Positions 8,148 through 14,968 of a DNA stretch of 18,236 bases are shown here, one piece after another. The first letter of the stretch is position 1, and the number at the start of each line of letters is the position of its first letter. Made by a program: the position numbers and the translations under genes. The DNA is from a virus (lineage: Duplodnaviria; Heunggongvirae; Uroviricota; Caudoviricetes). The DNA lies in the IMG/VR virus record IMGVR_UViG_2695420732_000030, positions 1 to 18,236 of that record; one strand, given 5' to 3'. The notes beneath the pieces were generated by a model. That model made no database searches and was not told the origin of the DNA. It saw only the letters and a program-made list of their open reading frames with translations.

Positions 8148-8553
8148 GCACATCGAATCGGTGCTGTTAGCCCTGGCAGCTGAAAAAGGGCAGGCATGGG
8201 TAGCCAGTGCAATTACTGAAGAATATCTGCGCCAGGGAGGCGGCGAATTGCCCCTGGTACCAGGCAAGGACTGGAATAATCAGCAGAACATCTATCACCG
8301 TTGGTTAAAAGGTGAAACGAAAGCGCAAAGGGAAAAAATTCAGAAACTGATCCCTGCGGTTCTGGCAATTCTTCCGCGCGAGCTGCGTCACCGACTCTGC
8401 ATCTTCGATACCCTGGAACGCCGTGCATTACTGGCGGCGCAGGAAGCGTTGAGTACGGCAATTGATGCGCATGATGATGCAGTCCAGGCCGTTTACCGGA
8501 AAGCACATTTCAGCGGTGGTGGGTCGCCCGGCGATTCTGTCGTAGTGCATTGA
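8131..8553 (+). CDS. ydaT: YdaT-like protein (toxic when derepressed in Rac), 140 aa
   Basis: 140 aa starting MKIRHEHIESVLLALAAEKGQ..., same length and position as Rac YdaT as recalled; AGGAG SD at 7-nt spacing. Confidence 0.65.
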   Translation: MKIRHEHIESVLLALAAEKGQAWVASAITEEYLRQGGGELPLVPGKDWNNQQNIYHRWLKGETKAQREKIQKLIPAVLAILPRELRHRLCIFDTLERRALLAAQEALSTAIDAHDDAVQAVYRKAHFSGGGSPGDSVVVH

Positions 8554-8597
8554 TTGAAATTAATCGTGCCGGATTGTTTTGTTCGGTATCAGTTAAA

Positions 8598-8618
8598 TGT
8601 AACGCTGCGAGCGTTACA
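8598..8618. repeat. Palindrome TGTAACGCT-GCG-AGCGTTACA, copy 1 of 3, 13 nt upstream of the O-like gene start
   Basis: Perfect inverted repeat read directly; the same half-site TGTAACGC/GCGTTACA recurs at 8790-8810 and 8998-9016. Confidence 0.6.
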
Positions 8619-8630
8619 AGGTGAAAACAA

Positions 8631-9425
8631 ATGGCTTCAAACTGGATAAAGCTCGAGGTTATTACGCCGGATAAGCCGGAAATATTCAGGCTTGCTGAGA
8701 TTCTGAATATTGATCCAGATGCCGCATTAGGGAAGGTTATTCGCTTCTGGGCATGGGCGGATCAACAAATGATAGACGGTAATGCAGATTGTAACGCTCG
8801 CGGCGTTACAAAAAGTGCAATAGATCGCATCACTTTTATGGCTGGTTTTGCTGATGCGTTAATTCAGGTTGGATGGCTGGTCGAAAATGACGGTGGGCTT
8901 TCTCTACCTAACTTTGAACGTCATAACGGGAAAAGCTCTAAAAAACGGGCGGTTACAAACGAGCGAGTTACAAAAATACGCGAACTGAAACGAAAAGGTA
9001 ACGCTGGCAGCGTTACACAAACGGATCAAAAAGCGTTACCAGAGGAAGAGGAAGAGGAAGAGGAAGATATAAATACTGATCTCCCCCTAAATCCCCCTCG
9101 CCAAAAACGAGCGTCTAAAAAATTCGAGCCGGAGGCTATCGAGCTACCTGACTGGTTGCCGGAAACACTCTGGCATGAGTGGGTTCAGTTCAGGCAGGCA
9201 TTGCGAAAACCGATTCGAACGGAGCAGGGCGCTAACGGGGCGATACGGGAACTGGAAAAATTCCGTCAGCAGGGTTTTACACCTGAGCAGGTGATTCGAC
9301 ACAGCATCGCCAATGAATACCAGGGCTTGTTCGTACCGAAAGGTGTTCGGCATGAGACGTTGCTCCGACAGGTTAACACCGTCTCGTTGCCGGACAGTGC
9401 GATCCCGCCAGGCTTCAGGGGGTAA
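8631..9425 (+). CDS. ydaU: Replication initiation O-like / YdaU-like protein (DUF1376-like), 264 aa, with internal poly-Glu
   Basis: Position immediately upstream of the DnaC-like gene; AAGGTGA SD; palindromic repeats embedded in the coding sequence, as for ori within lambda O; the (GAGGAA)4 tract at 9042-9065 encodes the poly-Glu run. Confidence 0.7.
   Translation: MASNWIKLEVITPDKPEIFRLAEILNIDPDAALGKVIRFWAWADQQMIDGNADCNARGVTKSAIDRITFMAGFADALIQVGWLVENDGGLSLPNFERHNGKSSKKRAVTNERVTKIRELKRKGNAGSVTQTDQKALPEEEEEEEEDINTDLPLNPPRQKRASKKFEPEAIELPDWLPETLWHEWVQFRQALRKPIRTEQGANGAIRELEKFRQQGFTPEQVIRHSIANEYQGLFVPKGVRHETLLRQVNTVSLPDSAIPPGFRG
8790..8810. repeat. Palindrome TGTAACGC-TCGCG-GCGTTACA, copy 2, inside the O-like CDS
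   Basis: Perfect 8-bp arms with a 5-bp spacer; direct GTTACAAA repeats follow at 8952-8959 and 8967-8974. Confidence 0.6.
8998..9016. repeat. Palindrome GTAACGC-TGGCA-GCGTTAC, copy 3, inside the O-like CDS; extra half-site GCGTTAC at 9033-9039
   Basis: Read directly; same half-site as copies 1 and 2, at ~200-bp spacing. Confidence 0.55.
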
Positions 9426-9431
9426 CAGACC

Positions 9432-10172
9432 ATGAAAAATATTGCGACAGGCGGCGTTCTGGAGCGTATCCGCAGACTGACCCCACCACATGTAACCGCC
9501 CCATTCAGAACGGTTGCGGAGTGGCGTGAGTGGCAACTTACTGAAGGCCAGAAACGTTGCGAGGAGATCAACCGTCTGAATCGTCAGTTGCGGGTGGAAA
9601 AAATTCTGAATCGCTCTGGCATCCAGCCGTTGCACCGTAAATGCTCGTTTGCGAATTACCAGGTGCAGAACGACGGCCAGCGATACGCGTTAAGCCAGGC
9701 GAAATCCATCGCCGATGAACTGATGACCGGGTATACAAATTTTGCGTTCAGCGGAAAACCTGGTACCGGGAAGAATCACTTAGCGGCAGCTATCGGGAAT
9801 CGCCTGTTGAAAGACGGTCAGACAGTGATTGTGGTTACCGTGGCTGATGTTATGAGCGCCCTGCACGCCAGCTATGACGACGGGCAGTCAGGCGAAAAAT
9901 TTTTGCGTGAACTGTGCGAAGTGGACCTCCTGGTTCTTGACGAAATTGGCATCCAGCGTGAGACGAAAAACGAGCAGGTGGTACTGCACCAGATTGTTGA
10001 CCGCCGGACGGCATCACTGCGCAGTGTCGGGATGCTGACAAACCTGAATCATGCCGCAATGAGCACGCTTCTTGGTGAGAGGATTATGGACCGGATGACC
10101 ATGAACGGTGGTCGTTGGGTGAATTTTAACTGGGAGAGCTGGCGGTCAAACGTTGGACGTCAGGGTATGTGA
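9432..10172 (+). CDS. ydaV: DnaC/IstB-like AAA+ helicase loader (YdaV-like replication protein P analogue), 246 aa
   Basis: Walker A GKPGTGKNHLAAAIG and Walker B DLLVLDEIG; start 7 nt after the O-like stop. Confidence 0.85.
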   Translation: MKNIATGGVLERIRRLTPPHVTAPFRTVAEWREWQLTEGQKRCEEINRLNRQLRVEKILNRSGIQPLHRKCSFANYQVQNDGQRYALSQAKSIADELMTGYTNFAFSGKPGTGKNHLAAAIGNRLLKDGQTVIVVTVADVMSALHASYDDGQSGEKFLRELCEVDLLVLDEIGIQRETKNEQVVLHQIVDRRTASLRSVGMLTNLNHAAMSTLLGERIMDRMTMNGGRWVNFNWESWRSNVGRQGM

Positions 10173-10197
10173 GAATTTTTAACGAGGTGAATTTTCG

Positions 10198-10968
10198 ATG
10201 GAAACCGTATTACATGCACTGAAAGCGATGGGAAAAGCCAATTCTGTTGAACTGGCGGCACGAATTGATATCAGCCGTGAAGAAGTTATCAACGAACTGT
10301 GGGAGCTCAAAAAAAATGGCGTTGTTGATAAAACGGGTCACACCTGGTTTCTGGCTGTCGAAGGTGAATCCCGGGTAACCGAAGAGCGGCCAGTAAAATC
10401 TGAAACACAGGATATGCTGACCGAAGAGGTCGCTCCAAAAGTTAGCGCTAACATGATGATTGAGTTTATCGCTCAGGAGGGGGCTAAAACCTGTGAAGAA
10501 ATAGCGGGTAAGTTCGGTGTCAGTACTCGCAAGGTTGCTTCCACGCTGGCGGTGGTAACCGCAACGGGGCGGCTGGCACGCGTTAATCAGAACGGTAGAT
10601 TTCGTTACTGCATGCCGGGCGATAATTTACCAGCAGAGCCGAAAGCCGCGCTGGTAACGGAAAGTGATGGTAAGGCCTTTCCTCAGCCAGCAGGTGCTGC
10701 GTTACCAGTCCGGGAAGCCGCAACACAGGAAGAAATTAAAACAGAAACTGTGGCGGACATTGTGCAGCCGTTGCCATCGTTTACCGAAACGCAAGCAGAT
10801 GAGCTGATTTTTCCGTCCCTTCGCAGGGCAAACCTGGCGCTGCGCAGGGCGAAAAGTGATGTTCAGAAGTGGGAGCGAGTCTGCGCCGCGCTGCGGGAGC
10901 TGAACAAGCACCGGGATATTGTTCGGCAGATTGTCGATTCATCCGGTCGTATTGTGTCGGAAAAGTGA
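10198..10968 (+). CDS. Hypothetical phage protein (YdaW/DUF1627-like), 256 aa
   Basis: GAGGTGA SD 7 nt upstream of ATG; position after the DnaC-like gene as in Rac; family assignment is by recollection only. Confidence 0.6.
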   Translation: METVLHALKAMGKANSVELAARIDISREEVINELWELKKNGVVDKTGHTWFLAVEGESRVTEERPVKSETQDMLTEEVAPKVSANMMIEFIAQEGAKTCEEIAGKFGVSTRKVASTLAVVTATGRLARVNQNGRFRYCMPGDNLPAEPKAALVTESDGKAFPQPAGAALPVREAATQEEIKTETVADIVQPLPSFTETQADELIFPSLRRANLALRRAKSDVQKWERVCAALRELNKHRDIVRQIVDSSGRIVSEK

Positions 10969-10983
10969 TTGCCGGAGGCGCTT

Positions 10984-11376
10984 ATGGCAAAAGTATTTAC
11001 ACCAGAAGAGCGGGAAGAAGTGAGGGCGCGCATTGTGGAATTCGTGCGCCTGAGCGGACGAGAAACTTTTCGACAACTGGCAGATAAAACGGGTGTCAGT
11101 AAGACCGCTATTCGTCGTTTATCTGGTGCGCTTGCGGCCAGTGGTGATGTCTGGCTCTCTGGTTGCGGGGTATTTCTATCAGAGCAGGCGTATCGCGTAT
11201 GGCGTAAGACACCGGAGAAGGCTGCTGACCCGACACTGATTCGAAAGTTACCTGACGGAGAAATACGTCGTTACAACAGACGGCAGAACATAATTTGTCG
11301 TGAGTGCCGCCAGAGCGAAGTTATGCAGCGTGTGCTGGCGTTCTATCGGGGTAATTTTCAGGAGGTGATGGAGTGA
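10984..11376 (+). CDS. Hypothetical protein, 130 aa, with CRECRQ motif
   Basis: ATG at 10984 with GGAGG SD at 5-nt spacing (track start 10969 is a TTG); stop overlaps the next start (GTGA). Confidence 0.6.
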   Translation: MAKVFTPEEREEVRARIVEFVRLSGRETFRQLADKTGVSKTAIRRLSGALAASGDVWLSGCGVFLSEQAYRVWRKTPEKAADPTLIRKLPDGEIRRYNRRQNIICRECRQSEVMQRVLAFYRGNFQEVME

Positions 11377-11669
11377 GGGTGAGGGTTTATATCGCCGGTC
11401 CGATGACCGGGTATAAAAATTTCAACCGTGAGGCGTTCCACAAGGCGGAAGAGGAACTGAAACGGGAAGGGCATACAGTCTTAAACCCGGCAGTACTTCC
11501 GGACGGGCTGACACAGCCGCACTACATGGATATTTGCATGGCAATGATTCGTTGCGTGGATGCGATTTACATGCTGAATGGCTGGCAGCGGTCAGCGGGC
11601 GCTAAGGCAGAGCTGGCACTGGCGGAGAAACTGGGACATACGGTGATTTATCAGGAGGTGGCTCAATGA
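11373..11669 (+). CDS. DUF4406 / nucleoside 2-deoxyribosyltransferase-like small protein, 98 aa
   Basis: N-terminal VYIAGPMTG motif typical of this fold; GTG start with GGAGG SD at 7 nt; stop overlaps the next ATG (ATGA). Confidence 0.6.
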   Translation: MRVRVYIAGPMTGYKNFNREAFHKAEEELKREGHTVLNPAVLPDGLTQPHYMDICMAMIRCVDAIYMLNGWQRSAGAKAELALAEKLGHTVIYQEVAQ

Positions 11670-12385
11670 GAGAGGTTAACTATGAGGCGCTTCGTGAAGC
11701 AGCAGAGAAAGCAACTAAAGGATGCTACATCGTAGGGCATACATCGGGCAATCAGCATGGGAATATAACAGGAGTTTTTGTTTGTCAAAAATGGAAAGGA
11801 GAACCCGGTGGCGTAATTGCAGAATGTCATGTTAACTGCCTGGTTGAAACAGATGCTCAGGCTTACGCAAACGCTGAATTTATTGCTGCCTTTAATCCAA
11901 ATGTTGCGCTGGCACTACTGGATGAACGGGAAAGAAACCAGCAATACATCAAATCACGCGACCAGGAGAACGAGGAGATTGCGCTTACGGAAGGGAAGCT
12001 GCTAATCGAAAACGGCCGGCTTGTTGCCGATACGCTACGCCACTTAGCTGATAACGAAATCGACTCTGATTATTTTGCTATCACCTCAACGAATGAGAAC
12101 GGTACTGAAATTGATCATGAGATGGCTATTACCGATTACGCACTGCAAGCTGCCGGAACTGTAGACGAATTGGTTGCGGCGTTGGAATCCGCAGAGAAGC
12201 GCATTGCAGAACTGGAAGCACGGGAAATATCGCTCCCAGAACGTAGCAGCATGCTTCATCGAACAGATTTTCACGATGATTACCAAACGGTAATGGCATA
12301 CAAAGTTTCTGAAGTCATCGCTGCAATCCGCGCCGCTGGCATTCGCATCAAAGGAGAGGAGCATGGAAATAAAACCAGAAGATGA
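11666..12385 (+). CDS. Hypothetical phage protein, 239 aa (possibly Ea22-like, acidic coiled-coil C-terminus)
   Basis: ATG overlapping the upstream stop; no motif confidently recognised. Confidence 0.6.
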   Translation: MREVNYEALREAAEKATKGCYIVGHTSGNQHGNITGVFVCQKWKGEPGGVIAECHVNCLVETDAQAYANAEFIAAFNPNVALALLDERERNQQYIKSRDQENEEIALTEGKLLIENGRLVADTLRHLADNEIDSDYFAITSTNENGTEIDHEMAITDYALQAAGTVDELVAALESAEKRIAELEAREISLPERSSMLHRTDFHDDYQTVMAYKVSEVIAAIRAAGIRIKGEEHGNKTRR

Positions 12386-12719
12386 GTTAAGCAATATCGT
12401 TTTATTTCCGGTAAAAGAGGATGACCCACGTAATCAGGTTAATTTTCTCTATGAGCCATCGGAAAGACCATATTGCCATCACGCCTCTGTCCGGGTTGAC
12501 GAAAAAGAGCGTCAGGTCCGCTGTAAAATCTGCGGTGCAGTTGTGGAGCCATTTGACTGGATGCTCTCTGTGGCGAAAAGAGAAACCAGACTGGCAGATG
12601 ATGTAAGGATCTTGCGCCAGGAGGAACGGGAAAGGCGGAGAAATATAGAAAAGCTAATTCAGATTGAGCGTAACGTGAAAGCGCGGATACGCAGGGTGAC
12701 AAAATCCAGAACTGAATAA
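12363..12719 (+). CDS. Hypothetical protein, 118 aa, with CHH...CKIC cluster and Arg-rich coiled-coil tail
   Basis: ATG at 12363 with AGGAGAGGAG SD; overlaps the upstream gene by 23 nt. Confidence 0.55.
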   Translation: MEIKPEDELSNIVLFPVKEDDPRNQVNFLYEPSERPYCHHASVRVDEKERQVRCKICGAVVEPFDWMLSVAKRETRLADDVRILRQEERERRRNIEKLIQIERNVKARIRRVTKSRTE

Positions 12720-12767
12720 TTAAATTTAGCTCTGTTAAAAATTTAATCCTTAACCGGAGGTATATCA

Positions 12768-12980
12768 ATGTCAAACGCACAGAAAGTTATTAACGCTGAA
12801 AAATATAACGAGTGGGTGAAAAAGTTCTCAGAGCAGATTTTTAAAATTACTGGCGACGAGAATGCGGCAAAAAATGAATTAGAGCCGTGGACACCTGAAG
12901 GTGTCGACCCAAATTATTGCTGGTGGGATGTTGATCCAGTTGATGCTGCAAATGAAGCTATGAGTTATCACAACGATTAA
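12768..12980 (+). CDS. Hypothetical small acidic protein, 70 aa
   Basis: GGAGG SD 8 nt upstream of ATG 12768. Confidence 0.55.
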   Translation: MSNAQKVINAEKYNEWVKKFSEQIFKITGDENAAKNELEPWTPEGVDPNYCWWDVDPVDAANEAMSYHND

Positions 12981-13180
12981 TGTCAGGAGGCCGCCCGAAA
13001 GGGCGGTAATGAAAAGTGACTGAATTAACCAAAGAGAAATTAATCGAAGAAGCCAAATTAAAAATAGCGATTGCGAAATGCTACCCCAATTCAGGGATGG
13101 CACGGGTATAGGGCGAGTTATTCAAAATTGCACTGGCATAGCTGGAAGCAGATCCAGTTAAACGAGTTAACTCAGATCAG

Positions 13181-13894
13181 ATGCACCGAGTCTGCTTAGA
13201 AGCTAATCGCTATTTAGATAAATATGACGCGATGGCGAAAGAGGTAAATAAGTTGCTTGGACGCATCGCCCCGCCAGCGCCAGTATTTAACGGCGAATAC
13301 GGTGACGCATATCAGGGCGCTCGTGAAGACCTGTCCATCTGGAAACGGCGAGCGCTTGAAGCTGATGAGCACGTTCGGCGACTGGAGCAAATCAATGACC
13401 ACATGGTGAAAGAGGCGCAGGGAGAATCACGCATGGGCGAGCCTGTAATACGTGAGCCAGCACCGGTAGTGCCTGAAGAAGCAACTCCGGAAAACGTAGA
13501 AATGCTCTCTGGCTATGTTTCAACGTACAAATTAACCGATAGCGAGCGCGATATTGCTGCCGAAATATGGAACGCCTGCCGCGCCGCCATGCTTCAGGCT
13601 GGAAACTTTCGGGAAAATAAGGGTTCGTCAACCAATAATTTTCGGGAAATCTCGGAAACGTCAACCAACTATCCGGTAACTCCGGATGGTTGGATAAGCT
13701 GTAGTGAGCGAATGCCGGATGATGGTCAGCACGTAATTATTTTATGTGATGGCGCATTCGTTCTTTATGCGCAATATCGAGACGGTGAGTTTTTTGATGT
13801 AGTCCGTAATGGTGATGAATTTTTCGAAACACAGAGCCGCAATGTAACCGACTGGATGCCGCTACCAGAACCGCCGCAGGAGGTGCGCCAATGA
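13181..13894 (+). CDS. Phage protein with C-terminal DUF551-like domain, 237 aa
   Basis: C-terminus WISCSERMPDDGQHVIIL...VTDWMPLPEPP resembles the DUF551 signature as recalled; weak SD. Confidence 0.6.
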   Translation: MHRVCLEANRYLDKYDAMAKEVNKLLGRIAPPAPVFNGEYGDAYQGAREDLSIWKRRALEADEHVRRLEQINDHMVKEAQGESRMGEPVIREPAPVVPEEATPENVEMLSGYVSTYKLTDSERDIAAEIWNACRAAMLQAGNFRENKGSSTNNFREISETSTNYPVTPDGWISCSERMPDDGQHVIILCDGAFVLYAQYRDGEFFDVVRNGDEFFETQSRNVTDWMPLPEPPQEVRQ

Positions 13895-13974
13895 TCTGGC
13901 CTGAAGCCTTTGCAATTACAGGCGTTGCTATAGCTATTGATTTTTTAGTATATGTTATTTGTCGGTGGGGGTAA
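13891..13974 (+). CDS. Tiny hydrophobic peptide, 27 aa (MIWPEAFAITGVAIAIDFLVYVICRWG), candidate membrane peptide; not in ORF track
   Basis: GGAGG SD 7 nt upstream; ATG overlaps the upstream stop (ATGA), suggesting translational coupling; single hydrophobic helix. Confidence 0.4.
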   Translation: MIWPEAFAITGVAIAIDFLVYVICRWG

Positions 13975-14009
13975 AAACGTTCGCCGGGATTCACACCAAA
14001 GGAGGGAAT

Positions 14010-14114
14010 ATGTCGGATGATATTTCACTGGCAATGGAAGGTGCGCTGGCTGTTATTGCTGTTGTGGGCGTTTACTGCCTGGTTGTGTTTTTGATGGATC
14101 GACTAGGGAACTGA
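14010..14114 (+). CDS. Tiny hydrophobic peptide, 34 aa (MSDDISLAMEGALAVIAVVGVYCLVVFLMDRLGN); not in ORF track
   Basis: GGAGGG SD 4 nt upstream of ATG 14010; single predicted transmembrane helix. Confidence 0.4.
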   Translation: MSDDISLAMEGALAVIAVVGVYCLVVFLMDRLGN

Positions 14115-14122
14115 ATTCATTA

Positions 14123-14144
14123 CGATATGGGAATTCCCATATCG
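14123..14144. repeat. Perfect 22-bp palindrome CGATATGGGAATTCCCATATCG
   Basis: Exact two-fold symmetry centred on GAATTC, 9 nt after the second small-peptide stop and upstream of the putative hok promoter. Confidence 0.6.
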
Positions 14145-14156
14145 GGTAAAAACGGT

Positions 14157-14184
14157 TTGCGGTAAAGCGAGAGTTAAGTAGAAT
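14157..14184 (+). promoter_or_regulatory. Candidate hok mRNA promoter (-35 TTGCGG, 16-bp spacer, -10 TAGAAT)
   Basis: Places the TSS near 14191, giving a ~420-nt transcript ending at the 14584-14610 terminator. The 5' end GGGTGCTTGAGG (14191-14202) is complementary to 14566-14577 near the 3' end, as in hok fold-back mRNAs. Confidence 0.35.
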
Positions 14185-14359
14185 TGCTGCGGGTGCTTGA
14201 GGCTATCTGTCTCGGGCATGAACACCAACGGCAGATAGAGAAAAGCCCCAGTTAACATTACGCGTCCGGCAAGACGCTTAACATTAATCTGAGGCCATAT
14301 CTATGCTCTACATACGTAGGTTAGCCTCTTACGTGCCGAAAGGCAAGGAGAAGCAGGCT

Positions 14360-14515
14360 ATGAAGCAGCAAAAGGCGATGCTAATCGCCCTGATCGTCAT
14401 CTGTTTAACCGTCATTGTGACGGCACTGGTAACGAGGAAAGACCTCTGCGAGGTACGAATCCGAACCGGCCAGACGGAGGTCACTGTCTTCACAGCTTAC
14501 GAACCTGAGGAGTAA
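14360..14515 (+). CDS. Hok/Gef-family type I toxin, 51 aa
   Basis: MKQQKAMLIALIVICLTVIVTALVTRKDLCEVRIRTGQTEVTVFTAYEPEE shows the Hok signature (TM helix, RKxLCE, AYE); AAGGAG SD; track ORF 14303..14515 trimmed to ATG 14360. Confidence 0.8.
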   Translation: MKQQKAMLIALIVICLTVIVTALVTRKDLCEVRIRTGQTEVTVFTAYEPEE

Positions 14516-14583
14516 GAGACCAGGCGAGGGAGAAATCCCTCGCCACCTCTCATGTGTCAGGCATCTTCAACGCACCCGCACTT

Positions 14584-14610
14584 AACCCGCTTCGGCGGGT
14601 TTTTGTTTTT
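14584..14610 (+). terminator. Intrinsic terminator after hok (AACCCGC-TTCG-GCGGGTT then TTTTGTTTTT)
   Basis: GC stem with TTCG tetraloop and T-run, read directly. Confidence 0.75.
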
Positions 14611-14735
14611 ATTTTCAATACGTTTGAAGTTATGGACGATGCCGGAATAGAATCAAAAATACTTAAGTAGCGCGCAGGGAGAAGAGGGATGGACCCCGAA
14701 CAGGGGGGTGCTATTTATCTGGAAGGATTCTGTTG

Positions 14736-14909
14736 ATGAAAATTGAAGAATTACGTGAAATTTTTAGTGAAAATGGCCTCTTTGCTGTGCGCGTTGAGAA
14801 TGGGGAAGTTATCTACGCAACGTTAATCCCTGATAATCATGTAATTTTATCTATCGAGGCATTCATTGAATATCTTGAAAGGCTCGGTTTCAAGGTGATT
14901 CGGGAATGA
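14736..14909 (+). CDS. Hypothetical small protein, 57 aa (MKIEELREIFSENGLFAVRVENGEVIYATLIPDNHVILSIEAFIEYLERLGFKVIRE); not in ORF track
   Basis: GGAAGGA SD 8 nt upstream of ATG 14736; hand-translated. Confidence 0.4.
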   Translation: MKIEELREIFSENGLFAVRVENGEVIYATLIPDNHVILSIEAFIEYLERLGFKVIRE

Positions 14910-14968
14910 GTTATAATTCGTAAGCCAGCCTGAACAACTGGCAACCTACAGCGCCATTGGAGACAGCA

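Noticed and set aside
8082-8506. Minus-strand ORFs 8082..8267 and 8213..8506
   Set aside because: Antisense to the Cro-like and ydaT-like genes.
8598-9040. Possibility that the repeated palindromes are a CRISPR array
   Set aside because: Repeats are short palindromes with irregular ~200-bp spacing, embedded in a CDS, with no uniform spacers and no cas genes.
9144-9635. Minus-strand ORFs 9144..9635 and 9266..9571
   Set aside because: Antisense to the O-like and DnaC-like replication genes.
9850-11087. ORFs 9850..10059 (-), 10702..10911 (-) and 10869..11087 (+)
   Set aside because: Antisense to, or frame-shifted overlaps of, the co-directional coupled gene block; Arg/Ala-rich GC-frame artefacts.
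11817-12780. ORFs 11817..12005 (+), 12086..12394 (-), 12421..12606 (+) and 12439..12780 (-)
   Set aside because: Alternative-frame or antisense overlaps of the 239-aa and 118-aa genes; no SDs.
12879-13103. 74-aa minus ORF 12879..13103
   Set aside because: Antisense to the 70-aa gene and spans the GNRA hairpin; no SD.
13214-13994. Minus ORFs 13214..13402, 13392..13664 and 13737..13994
   Set aside because: Antisense to the DUF551 gene and the first small peptide.
14303-14359. N-terminal extension of the hok ORF (track start 14303, 70 aa)
   Set aside because: Hok-family toxins are ~50 aa; the ATG at 14360 has an AAGGAG SD and gives the canonical MKQQK... N-terminus.
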